Source: Thelocarpon superellum (Eukaryota). Taken from it: DNA of 36,585 nt. The notes under the pieces are model-generated. The model was not told where the DNA came from. It made no database searches and saw only the letters and a program-made list of their open reading frames with translations. A program made the position numbers and the translations under genes. This document shows positions 22,362 through 33,550 of the stretch, piece after piece (position 1 is the stretch's first letter; every line of letters begins with the position of its first letter). Location of the stretch: positions 1 through 36,585 of the forward strand of contig JAPEUG010000148.1 in assembly GCA_026025795.1 (NCBI GenBank), read 5' to 3'.

Positions 22362-24167
22362 TCATCCCGCCGCCATATTGATATGCACCGATTTGATGTT
22401 GGAATACGCCGCCAGCCCGGCCTCGCCCAGCTCGCGACCAATGCCGCTCTGCTTGATGCCGCCAAATGGCACGCGGAAGTCGCCGTCATTGCTGCTGTTG
22501 ACCCACACCATCCCCGCCTCGATGCCCCGCGCCACGCGATGGGCCCGGGTGAGGTTCTGCGTGAAGACGGAGCTCCCCAGCCCAAATGTAGTATCGTTGG
22601 CCCGTTCCAGTGCCTCTTCCTCCGTCTTGAAGGACGAGATCACCACAAATGGCCCGAATACCTCTTCCCGGTAGATTTTCATGTGGTCCTTGACTTGCGT
22701 GAAGATGGTCGGTTCGATGAAGAAGCCCTTGCCGTTGGCATTCTTGTGCGGCACGCCACCGGCGGTGAGCACGGCGCCTTCGGACTTGCCCGACTCGATG
22801 TAGGAGAGCACGCGGTCGAACTGGGCCTTGGTGACCTGGGGCCCTTGGAAGGTGCCCTCCTCGAACGGATCGCCAACTTTGGAGACCTTGCTGATTTGTT
22901 TCTTGAAGAGCTCCACGAACTGATCATACACCGTTTCCTGCACCAGCACGCGGCTCGTCGCCGTGCAGATCTGCCCTGAGTTACCTGTGACGGATGAGCG
23001 CAGCCTCTCAATCGGATCCGTGGCACTCACTCATGATGCCTATGTGCGCCCACTTGACCGCTTCCTCCAGGTTGGCATCGTCAAAGACGATAAGGGGAGA
23101 CTTGCCTCCCGTCTCGAGCGTGATGTTCTTCATGTTGATCGCCGCCATCTTCATGATCTGTTTGCCGGTCGCCGTGGACCCCGTAAAGGCAATCTTGTCA
23201 ATGTCAAGGTGAGAAGCAATGGCTGCCCCGGCCGTCCGGCCCTCTCCGTTCAGGATGTTGACGACACCCGGAGGAAAGCCGGCCTCTTTCACCAAGGTGG
23301 CGAGGTATAGGATGGACAGGGGCGTCTGCTCGGCTGCTTTCATGACGACCGTGTTTCCGCAGGCCAGAGCGGGACCAAGCTTCCACGCGGCCATGGCGAG
23401 AGGATAGTTCCATCTGGAAGATTAGCCGAAGACGAGGAAATAGGCTGACGAGACCCACGGAATGATCTGGCCACACACTCCCACGGGTTCCCGAGTAGTG
23501 TAGACGAATTTCGAGCTCGAGGTGGTGATGACGTTTCCATGGATCTTGTCGGTCCAGCCGGCGTAATATTTCAAGACTCCCGTCACCATTGGAAGATCCA
23601 GGTTTAGAGAGGTTTGATAGGGCTTTCCTAAGTAAGGTTAGACCTGCCATCTGCACTCCGATCGTCTCCCATGCCTACCATTGTCCCATGTCTCGATGGT
23701 CGCCAGTGTCTCCACATGTTCTTGTATCAGATGTGCCAGCTTCATGATAAGATCCCCACGTGCGGCGGAATCCATGTTGCGCCATGACGGATCTTTCAGC
23801 GCCTTCCGGGCTGCCACGACCGCAACGTCGACGTCATCTGGTCCGGCGGCATAGACGGACGTGATTTCCGATTCATCGCTATGATGCATCAGCGTGTCGG
23901 TCCAGGGAGTGTCCTTCGAAGCTCATACCTCGGATTCACGCTGGTAATCTTTTCCCCAGACTTGGACTTGACGAATTCGTTGTTGATGAACAGACCGGTG
24001 GGCTGCCTATACTTTCGGCCATTGGGGGCCGTGAGAGTGATGTGCAAGTCCGACATTCTGCGATAGGTAGTAGGAAAGGGCGTTCGGAAGGTGGTGGCGG
24101 TGCAGATGGCAGTTGGTCGAAAGTTGTGAACGCAGCGGTGCCGCAGACGGAGCGGGTTCTTCGACAT
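22362..24167 (-). CDS. NAD(P)-dependent aldehyde dehydrogenase (ALDH1/2 type); alternative starts at 24167 and 24056
   Basis: Exons 24167/24056-23929, 23878-23679, 23627-23459, 23413-23031, 22984-22362. Motifs [54 protein letters not shown]. Confidence 0.96.
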
Positions 24168-24298
24168 GGGAATGTTCACCTCGGCACGAAGGGGTGGCGA
24201 CAAGTGCATGGAAATGTCTCAAGTACGAAGTACTACAGCTCCCTCCGTAGATCTGACCTGTGCCCTGGCCCTTGGAGTTACCCGATATCGTTTGGGCT

Positions 24299-24340
24299 GT
24301 GGGGCCGTGGGGCCGTGGGGTCGTGGGGCCCTGGGGCCGT
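24299..24340. repeat. Octamer minisatellite (GTGGGGCC) x5 in the ALDH/NTM1 divergent promoter
   Basis: G4 runs start at 24301, 24309, 24317, 24325 and 24333 (8-bp period). Confidence 0.9.
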
Positions 24341-24580
24341 TGTCTGCCAGGTAGCCCAGGTACCCGTAGCTTTCAGATGTTGGGTTGCGAGTAGAAGGAT
24401 CCGTCTCGCTCGGGCCGGAGTAACCATTTCAGTATAGCTTAAGCTTCTGCCCCGCGCCATGCCCCATCCCCCACGCCCACCCACCGTGCAAACTGACGAA
24501 GGCCCACGACGGCCAAATTCCATGTTCGCCTTCAACCTCATCCACGTCCAATCCGCAACTGTCCATTTCAGTCACCGGCC

Positions 24581-25352
24581 ATGCCAGACTCCGCCGATCC
24601 GGCGGACAGCAACATCGACCATGACGCCGCGATGAGATACTGGTCCACGGTCAAGCCCGACGTCAGTGGCATGCTCGGCGGCTATCCACAGGTCTCACGC
24701 ATCGATTTACAAGGGTCGGCTAACTTCCTCGCCAAGGTCCGGCGACTTTCTCCCTCGTCACCGTCCACGCTCGAACGCGGGGTAGATTGCGGAGCGGGCA
24801 TCGGTCGAGTCACGCAAGGGCTCCTTGCACGCGTCTGCGATGTGGTGGATCTGGTGGAACCTGTGGAGACGTTTGTGCACGAGCTAAGGCAGGGTGAGGT
24901 GCTGGCGGAATGGCGGCTGAAGGGTCGCGTCGGAAACGTCTTCGCCGTGGGGCTGGAGGATTGGGACCCGCCGCCAGAAACGTATCATCTCTTCTGGAAC
25001 CAATGGTGTCTCGGACACCTGACAGATGAGCAAGTGCGCGCGTACCTGGGCCGATGTCGCGCGGCACTGAAGCAGGGAGGGTGGATCATGGTCAAGGAGA
25101 ACATGAGTACCCATCCGGAGCAGGAGGATATCTTTGATGATGTAGACAGTAGCGTCACGAGGTGTGGAGGATCCCCGACCCATGTGATGATGATGTGACG
25201 GCTCATGGTCGAACAGATCTCACGACAAGTTCCTCTCCCTGTTTCGCGACGCTCAACTGCACGTCGTCCGCACGGAGATCCAGACCGGCTTCCCCAGAGA
25301 ACTGGGTCTATACCCCGTGCGGCAATATGCGCTGCGGCCGGTGAACCCTTGA
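24581..25352 (+). CDS. TAE1: Alpha N-terminal protein methyltransferase (NTM1/Tae1)
   Basis: Exons 24581-25161 and 25217-25352. Motifs GMLGGY, VDCGAGIGRVT, WNQWCLGHLTD, VKEN, DDVDSSVTR, LYPVRQYALRP. Confidence 0.95.
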
Positions 25353-25415
25353 GACCGATCCGGCCCAACAACCATCAATCTGTTCCATCCATCTTTCCGC
25401 GGCATAGGGGGCCGA

Positions 25416-26428
25416 TCACGCCGACTGTGCCGCGTGCTCCTTGGCCTGGACGTGCCCCATTATAAAGGCCCACTCCTCCTCGGTCACCTCGGTCACACTC
25501 AGCCGACTGATCTTTACCACTTGCATCTTCTCCAGTGGCTGGCCCGGGCCCGCAAGTTGTTTCATCTCCGTCAAGGACACGGGGACGTCAAATTTCGACG
25601 AAAAGGCCACCTTGACCGCGAACCATCGGGGATTCTCCCTGGTACTTTTGGCGTCGTAGTAACGATTCTGTGGATCAAAGGCGGATTCTATACACCACAT
25701 CAACCAATAGCTCTTCCTGGCTTTGACGGGGGATCATACCGTCTACCGAAGCTTCTTCAACCACCTCCATGATGCCAGCGATGCCGGGTTCCTTGCAATT
25801 GGAATGATAGAAGAACGCGAGATCTCCTTTCTCCATCGCTTGCATGTTGTTCCGAGCTAGAGTAGGGCGGGTATCAGCGTGAGCAGCACACGGCGGGCAA
25901 GAGGCAAGCCGACCTCGAAAATTTCGGACGCCTGCGTCCTCCATATCAGCCTCATCGGTGCAATACATCACGGCAAGTAGAGCCCATACCGTCCCATTGC
26001 TCCGGCGCCTTGGCATCCCGCAGATCATCAATGGAGTAAGACACCTTGACGCCATTTTCGACGCGGAGGTCCGGCTCCGCTTTCATCAGCCAGTAGCGCT
26101 TCTGTCCCTTTCCCTTATCCTTCCCCGTCTCCGTGCCAGCTTCGTTCTCTTCGTCATGGACAACAGGAACGTCGGCAGAAGCCTGCGCGCCCTTACGCTT
26201 CGTCGAGCCACCCTTCACCGGAGACGCCTTCGCATCGCCTCCGTCCACGCCATTCGTCGCAGGAGAGCGCTCCTCTTCCTTTCCCGCGCCGCTCGACCTC
26301 GCGCTGGTGCGAAGAGGACGCGTCGCGGTCGCGGTCGTAGTCGTAGAAGCCTCGCCCCGAGCCACGTTTTGCTTCTTGGAGCTAGAGCTTTTCGCGGCGC
26401 CCGGGGCGCTCTTTCGCTTGGCTGCCAT
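25416..26428 (-). CDS. THYN1: EVE-domain protein (THYN1/Thy28-like) with basic low-complexity N-terminus
   Basis: Exons 26428-25990, 25931-25914, 25856-25740, 25687-25416. Motifs YWLMKAEP, SIDDL, WDGVRNFRARNNM, AFFYHSNCKEPGIAG, YYDAKS..PRW, SRLSV. Confidence 0.92.
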
Positions 26429-27000
26429 CCGGATCGGGGACGGGGAGGGTTGATGGAGGAGCTCCTGCGTTTGCGGCCTCGCTTGGTGGTGTGGTAGCGG
26501 GTCGTGGCGAGCTCCGCATGCTTTACATTACCTAGCCACGAAGCGTGGACGCTCGAGCAAAGATGTCATGGTGACTTCTGTGCGAAGTACGCGGATGACG
26601 GAGATCTCCAGAGATGGTGGAGGTCGCCCTTACGTCATAGGAACGCGGTGCAGCTTCATCGGACGGAACTGTAAGTAACGCAAGCAGCTCAACGACTAGG
26701 AGGGAGCGAAAGCTAGCATGAGTAAGGGAAGGGGGTGCTTCTTGATGCGCTATCGTTGGGTTATGGTAATCTGCCATTGCCCGATACCTCCTCTCACTGC
26801 TCAGCATAGATGGGGCCGGGAAAGATTGGATCGCCGGAGGATGACCTCAAACAATGTGCGAAGTACTTTGCACTTCGTACATACTATGTAGTAGTCACGG
26901 TGGACCCCCAGGTATGGATACGTCTTCATTGAACGAGAGGTTGGGGTCTCGTACGCTACGTAATCAACACTAACCCCAAAGCCCCGCAAACAATGCCCCG

Positions 27001-30000
27001 CTAAGGCCCCCCTGCCTTGCCCCTGTCCAGCCTGACGCCCACCACCGGCAGGCTCGTCTTCAGCAGCAAACTGCTGCTGACCACGCTGACGCTGCTGAGC
27101 GCCATCGCCAGGCTCGCCCACACGGGGTCGAGCCGCACGTGAGACCCGTGGCTCACCACGGGGTATAACACCCCCGCCGCGATGGGCAGCGCCACGAGGT
27201 TGTAGGCCAGGGCCCACAGGAAATTGAACTTGACCCGCCGGAAGACCGCCCGGCTCAGCTCGAGCAAGCTGAGGACCGCGCGGAGGTCCGACGAGACCAA
27301 GACAAATGACGCCGACGACACGGCGATATCCGACCCTGAGCCCAGGGCGATCCCCACGTCCGCCATGGCCAGGGCGGGCGCGTCGTTGATGCCGTCGCCG
27401 ACCATCGCCACGATGGCGTGCCCCGAGACGGTCGAGGTCCCCCGTGGTAGACCAAAGTGAGAGCGGGGCGCCGCGCTCAGGCTCCGCTGGAGGTAGCGGA
27501 TCTTGTCCGCCTTCTGGTCAGGGAGGACGCCAGCGAGAATGTGGTCGGCCGGAATGCCCACCATCTGACCCACGGCCCGTGCCGTGGTCGGATGGTCGCC
27601 CGAGATCATCCACACCTCCATCCCCCGCTCCTGCACCGCCTGCACCACCAACGCCGCCTCCGGCCGAAGCGGATCCGCCGCGGCGAACGCCGCCGCCAGC
27701 CTCCAGCGAGGAGATTCGACGCCCTCGGACTCGCCGCCAACAGCGAGGAGAGCAACCGACTTGGCCTGGGCTTTCCATCCCTCCATCAGCTGAGCCGTGT
27801 GCTCGTCAATCTCCACCGCGTGGTCGGCTAAGAGTGCCTCATTGCCGAGGAGGAGGTGCGTGGGCGACTTCGAGCCCACGTCCGTGGGCTGTCGACCCTT
27901 CATCCCCTTTCCCGCCACTTCCTCCACCTGATCGACCATCGCACCTCGCACGGCGCGGGCATCACAGAAGGCCAGCATGGCTTTCGCCAGCGGGTGGGTG
28001 CTGTGCTCTTCCAAGGCCTTGATCGCGCTCAGCAAGAAGTCGTCCTGGCCCTCGGAAATGAAGGCATGATCGGTGATGACCGGCGCGCTTCCCACCGTCA
28101 AGGTCCCGGTCTTATCGAAGACGACGCAATCGAGATGACTGGCCTCTTGAAACGCCTCGCCGCCGCCTTTCACCAGGATGCCATGTCTCGCGGCCCGGCC
28201 TCCGCCTACGAACAGGGCAGTCGGCGCCGCCAGACCGATGCCACACGGGCAGGCGATGACGAACACGGCGATGGCGAACTGAAGCGACCAGAACGGCCAG
28301 CCACCGACCATGCCATCGAGATAGCCCAGGGGCAGGCGGCCCGAAAGGCCCAGGCCAAGCCAGAGGAGCCAGATGGTGATGGCGAAGAGGACCACGGCGG
28401 GGACGAAGTGACTGGTGAGCACGTCCGCCACGCGTTCGATCGGTGCACGGCGCGCCTGGCCTTGGCGGACAACATCGACGATCTGATCCAGCATCGACGA
28501 GCCAGCGACGGTGGAGATGCGGACGGAGATGGGACCCGCCTGATTGACGGTGCCGGCAAAGACGCCATCGCCCACGCGCTTTTCCACTGGTCGCGACTCG
28601 CCCGTCAGACTAGCCTCGTCGAATCGAGTCTCGCCCTCGACCACGATCGCGTCAAAAGGAGGGGAGGCGCCTTGGGGGACCCTGACGATGTCACCCACGT
28701 CGAGGAGATCGACCGAGACTTGTCGGATCGTGTCTTTGGAAGGATCCGTCGAGCGACTCGGGAGCGCCAGTAGCGCCTCCGTCGGACGTAGCCGTCCCAG
28801 CAAAGTCACGGCATCGCCCGCCTTGGCTTTGCTGTACGCCTCTAAGAAGCGGCCGATGAGGAGAAACATGGTTAGAAACACCACGGAATCGAAGTAGGAC
28901 GTCGTCGCCATGCCGGGCAAGGCGGCGGAGCGGGTGGCGCTGATGCCCAACTCGGCAATGGACGAGAAGTAGGCAATGGTGGTGCCCAAAGACATGAGCA
29001 TGCTCATGCTCCCGAAGCGAGTAAAGCGATGGAGGAGCGGCGTGCTGCTGCCCGGTCGCCACATGATACGCAGGTCGTGCAGCGCGGGCCGATGAAAGGC
29101 GTCGGCAGCGAAGAAGTAGACGGGCGTGGCGATGAAGAAGAGCGCCCAGTCGCCACGGCTCACCTGACCCGTCCACAGCGGACTCATGATGTACTCTCGC
29201 AGGCTGTGACTTGGAGGGAGGAGACTCATCAACACGATGCCAATCACGAAGGTGGGGATAGCCGCGAGGACGCACAGGCCCAGTCGCATGAGTATGAGAC
29301 GGCGGGTTCGGTGCTGCATCTTCTCTGCCCGTTCCTCCAGCGTCGGCGGATGAACGATAACCACGCGAAAGGCTGGGTCGGTGGCCGTAATGGAGGCGAT
29401 GATGTCCCGCGCGGTGAAATCGGGCGCGTGGGGCCGATAGGAGAGATGCAGCACAGGGTCGGCGACGGTGGCGCCCTTGTCCACGACGACTCGGTCACCC
29501 CAGACTCGTTGCAAGGTCTCCGTGACACGTGGTGGGCAGTGCTGGCAATGCATGCCATCGACGCGCATCCAGAGCGTCCGGGTGGGGTCTGGGTCCGTAG
29601 TGACATCGCAGTTGACAAGCGACACCAGGGTAACGCCGTGACCCGCATCTTCGATGGTCTGTTCCACCGTGGACCGATGCTCTTTGCCCACAAACCTCAC
29701 CGACGCACTGTGCGAGATGAGATTCACGTCGGCTCGCGCGACCCACGGGTGCTGCTGGAGGACGCTGGTGATATTGGCCACGCACGCGCTACAGGTCATG
29801 CCGCTGATGGCGAACGAGGCTTCCCACGTGTCGCGGCCATCGGCCACGCTCTGTCGCGGGTTCACCTCCTCGCTCGTCTCGACGGTCGCGTCATATCCGA
29901 GCTTGGTGATTGCGTCCGCGACTGCCTGCACGCGGGCATTCCCCTCGACGATGACCGAGGCGCTGTTGGTGAGGAGGGAGACATCGACCGAGTGAATCCA

Positions 30001-30777
30001 CGGATAGCTGTCGAGGGCGCGGGATATGGTGCCGACACAGGAGCTGCAGGTCATGCCTTCGATCATGACGGAGACTCGGATGAGCTCGGGTCTCGACGTG
30101 TCCACGGCGACCGAGGTCAGGCTCGCGAGCTCGATCTTGCTCTGGCTTCCCGACGCCGGCAGATTGCCCTCGTCAATCAGCTGGATCTTCTCCGAGGCAC
30201 CATCAAGCTGAGGCGGGCCGGCGAGCATGAATCGAGGTAACATCTTTTCGGCGCCAGCGGCCTCCGCACGGCACTGTTCGCACTGCTCCAGATGTCGGAG
30301 TGCCTTTTCGACGTCTTGGGAGTCATGGACGGCGCTCTTTCCCCGCCATTTCTGGACCGCGGCCGCGAAAGCATCGGTCCAGTCCGGGCCAAAAGTATCC
30401 TCCAGATTGGCCTCCGGGTCACATGTTTGGGGGGACGCGTCGGGATAGATGCCAGAGACCTCGAAGCCGGCATGCTCCAGCGCGCCAGTGATGGCCGACA
30501 CGGAGAGCGAGACATCGTGGCTAACGGTGATGGAGTGCGAGGTGATGGAATGTGCGAGGGCAACCGGCTGGGGGACCAACGGATTGATCGAGGAATGTAC
30601 CGTCGCGATACACGACGGACAGTGAAGATTAGGGATGAGGAATGTCGTCGCGATTGTCTGACTGGTGCCGGTGGCGTCCATGGCGGCAGTGGCGCCGTCA
30701 ACGGGCGGAGTGACGCCGGCTTTTGGAGCCCCTCCGCTGCAGGGATCCGCAAGCGAGGCCCGAGCCATCCCTGCCAT
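27001..30777 (-). CDS. P1B-type (Cu+) heavy-metal ATPase with four HMA domains (intronless)
   Basis: HMA motifs LHCPSC, GMTCSSC, GMTCSAC, GMHCQHC. Also LTGES, IACPC, DKTGT, HPLA, SGD, GDGIND, and YN plus MALSS (P1B-1 ligands). Confidence 0.96.
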   Translation of the reverse strand: MAGMARASLADPCSGGAPKAGVTPPVDGATAAMDATGTSQTIATTFLIPNLHCPSCIATVHSSINPLVPQPVALAHSITSHSITVSHDVSLSVSAITGALEHAGFEVSGIYPDASPQTCDPEANLEDTFGPDWTDAFAAAVQKWRGKSAVHDSQDVEKALRHLEQCEQCRAEAAGAEKMLPRFMLAGPPQLDGASEKIQLIDEGNLPASGSQSKIELASLTSVAVDTSRPELIRVSVMIEGMTCSSCVGTISRALDSYPWIHSVDVSLLTNSASVIVEGNARVQAVADAITKLGYDATVETSEEVNPRQSVADGRDTWEASFAISGMTCSACVANITSVLQQHPWVARADVNLISHSASVRFVGKEHRSTVEQTIEDAGHGVTLVSLVNCDVTTDPDPTRTLWMRVDGMHCQHCPPRVTETLQRVWGDRVVVDKGATVADPVLHLSYRPHAPDFTARDIIASITATDPAFRVVIVHPPTLEERAEKMQHRTRRLILMRLGLCVLAAIPTFVIGIVLMSLLPPSHSLREYIMSPLWTGQVSRGDWALFFIATPVYFFAADAFHRPALHDLRIMWRPGSSTPLLHRFTRFGSMSMLMSLGTTIAYFSSIAELGISATRSAALPGMATTSYFDSVVFLTMFLLIGRFLEAYSKAKAGDAVTLLGRLRPTEALLALPSRSTDPSKDTIRQVSVDLLDVGDIVRVPQGASPPFDAIVVEGETRFDEASLTGESRPVEKRVGDGVFAGTVNQAGPISVRISTVAGSSMLDQIVDVVRQGQARRAPIERVADVLTSHFVPAVVLFAITIWLLWLGLGLSGRLPLGYLDGMVGGWPFWSLQFAIAVFVIACPCGIGLAAPTALFVGGGRAARHGILVKGGGEAFQEASHLDCVVFDKTGTLTVGSAPVITDHAFISEGQDDFLLSAIKALEEHSTHPLAKAMLAFCDARAVRGAMVDQVEEVAGKGMKGRQPTDVGSKSPTHLLLGNEALLADHAVEIDEHTAQLMEGWKAQAKSVALLAVGGESEGVESPRWRLAAAFAAADPLRPEAALVVQAVQERGMEVWMISGDHPTTARAVGQMVGIPADHILAGVLPDQKADKIRYLQRSLSAAPRSHFGLPRGTSTVSGHAIVAMVGDGINDAPALAMADVGIALGSGSDIAVSSASFVLVSSDLRAVLSLLELSRAVFRRVKFNFLWALAYNLVALPIAAGVLYPVVSHGSHVRLDPVWASLAMALSSVSVVSSSLLLKTSLPVVGVRLDRGKAGGP

Positions 30778-31408
30778 TGACTTGCGGTTGAGCGAGCCGC
30801 GTCACCGTCGGAGAACGTAAAGTCGTGGACATGAGGTGACCTGGCAACGATCTCATTCCTGTTGACCAGGTATGGAGGTATGAAGTGATGCCGCGTCTCG
30901 AAGAAAGCAAAGTGATGGGCGGCCGAGTTGGGTCGTTTGATGTATGGGCTCTGGCGGCCACCGAGTGCGCTACGGGCTTTGGGTCTAAACGACGCACAAA
31001 TATCGCAGGAGCCACCCATACGTCGCAGCTAGCGCGCCACCGCACAAAACGCGCGTTTGTCGACGGCGGCTTCCCGGGTATGGGTAAACCTCGTTACCGC
31101 CATTGGACTTGCTCCGTGACCGTCATGCTTTCCCCAGATCACGGACCACAAGCTTGGGTTACGTGGGTGAGATTGGAGGCCAAGCAGGTTCTACATTTCT
31201 GCAGTGAGGCGTACTCGAGAGCGTGGTATATCCTGGTCCATGATCGCATGCTGTACATCTACTTCCATCGATGCGGGCCCGAACTCAGCCTAATCAGTGC
31301 ACCGCGGCGACAAGCCGAGAGCCATCGCTGACTACCTATATCGTATGCATATCTATTGGGATACTCGTGCCTGCCGACCTCGTACCTGCCAGGGTCTACG
31401 GGCCCCGA

Positions 31409-32963
31409 TTAATCCGTCTCGCCACGAGAGAACATGAACGCGGGGTCAGGATCTTGGTCGTCGTGGTCGTGGTCGTCGTGGTCGTAGCCCGTCTTTTCGA
31501 CCGCGTCGTGGAAGCCCTCAGGCTCGTCCTGCAACTCGCCTAGCCCGTGGTCGGACCCGGTCGGCAGCGACTGCCGTGAGTCTGTATGGAGCCCTTCGCT
31601 GCGTCCTCGCACTCCCACCTCGAGCCGAGCCTTGCCCGGCCCGTCTACCGCGTCTGACGCGGCTTGTAGGATTTCTCGTCCCTCTCTGAAAGCCTCCACC
31701 TCCGCCCCAATGCAACATTGCAAGAGCGTCCAATCACGCTTCTCGGCCAGCTCCAGCTTCTCTTCGAGTCGTGCGACGCTGAGGTCCATTTGTAACAAGA
31801 GCTCACGGAGGCCATGAGGCGCGGCACCGGACGTGGAACGGCCGTGCCCGGTGGGTGCAGGTGGAGTCAGGCCCTGCACCTGCAACCGGAGCTGTCGCTC
31901 AAAGTAGACGACTTCCTTGACCACTTCCTTCCACACCTCACGCCCTTCCACGAGCGCATCTCGTTCCATCTGCGTCTGTCGCCGCCGCTCGAGGCGCCTT
32001 TGGTTCTCGCTTTCCCAGTATTCCCGGGCCATCTCAAGCGTCCGCCGGCTGGCGGGAAGCGACACGAAGGTCGACGACGATGCGGCAGGCGCGACCGCGA
32101 GAATCGGTCGTGGCGGCTTCGCCAGGAAGCCGTGCACCTGCTTGTCCAAGTCGGATAAGGATGCTTGGTAGGAGGACAGCTTGGCTTGGACCGCGTTCTC
32201 GATCTGGGAGAGCTCGGAGGTGAGATGAAGATGCTTGGCCTTGAGTTCGTAGAGCCGGGTCTCCATATCGTGAATCTCGCCCTGGAGCCATCAGCGGGAG
32301 GGCGATGCATGGCGGCGTAGCTTGTACCTGGAGCGCCTTCTCCTGTGCCTGGAGGTCTTCGACCAACTGACCTTCCTCCGTCGTCTTGATACGCCGAATC
32401 TCTGCCTCTAGCCCTTCCCGGGTCTGGCGCCACTCCTCCACTCGTGTGAGCAGACCCTCTCGATCCCGCATCTCGGCCTCGATCACGGTCTCTTCCTCGC
32501 CCTTCACCAAGGCCAGCTCCTGCATCGTGTCCGCGATCCCGCGGCGCGCCGCACGTAGTCCAATCTTCTCGGGCCGCGGCTGGCGAACGGGAACAGTGGG
32601 TGGGGGGCGGACATTGGACGCGGACGTGGTGGGGGTGGAGCGACCATGCGAATCGCTGTCGGGCGCCCCTCCTTGAACGAGTCCCGCCAGCAAGCCATCG
32701 CCCTGCGCGTCCAGGAGCATTTGGAGGTGACGCTGGAGCTGCTTCTCCTTGCGCTCGAGCACCAGTAGCGGACCTGCTACGGTCGCAGCGGCACGCAAAT
32801 TGGCCACGGTTGGGGAGAGATGGGAGGTTGACAGCGCCAGGGAGGAGGCCATCCTGGGCGGGCGCGCAACCTTGCGCGGGCCGTTCAACACCGGGAGCTC
32901 GTATTCGTACTGGGGAAGGAGGGGAGGAGACCGTGTCGTTCGGAAGAGGGCGCTGAGGTCCAT
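31409..32963 (-). CDS. ATG28: Atg28-like coiled-coil autophagy/pexophagy protein
   Basis: Exons 32963-32328 and 32281-31409. Motifs LQMLLDAQGDGLLAGL, IGLRAARRGI, WTLLQCCIGAEVEAF match recalled filamentous-fungal Atg28-like sequences; coiled-coil composition. Confidence 0.7.
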
Positions 32964-33550
32964 CTTGCCGGCAGGTCAGCCAGCGACCGCGGAGAGACAG
33001 GGAGGTCAATCATCATACCACTTGGGTGCGCTCCGGCCCATGCTTATCGCACCTGTCGCACTCGTGTGTGAGGGCGTGACCCGACGGTAGCATCTTTACT
33101 CCTAGGTCGTCGGGCAGCTTCGGCCGGCACAGCTCGATGACTGGGTCCACCGGAACTTGCCGAGGATACCAATGGCCGACGAGGCTGTCACGTCCCCCAT
33201 GCACGCGATCATCTGCCCCGGTCCCTGGTCAAGGTCCAAGGTCCAGTAGTAGCCACCGCGCAGAAACATGACCAAGGAGTGAGGCAGCCTGTACAGCGGG
33301 TGGCACGTGAAAGCACCGCTCATCGCCTGGCGGATTACTTACACCGCGGATGCCACGGATTGCTCTAAGTACTGGTACCTGGCTAACTTTACAGGCACAT
33401 CCGGGTATGGCTCGCAAGCACCACTAGAGACATGCTTCTTGACCCAGAACAACGCCGACTCCGCCTGATGCTCGGGGTCCAAGAAGACGGCAACGATGAC
33501 GATGTGCACGCATACGGTCACGGTGACCGGGGAGAAGAGTGTCTGGGGTA

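Noticed and set aside
24581..26428. NTM1 methylating its neighbour, the EVE protein
   Set aside because: The EVE protein begins MAAKRK, not the canonical X-P-K substrate motif.
27856..30240. 305-aa and 403-aa plus-strand ORFs
   Set aside because: Antisense shadows of the GC-rich Cu-ATPase coding region.
19731..32963. Redox/metal/pexophagy gene cluster (PRX1, ALDH, Cu-ATPase, ATG28)
   Set aside because: Interspersed with unrelated housekeeping genes; no shared pathway or regulator evident.
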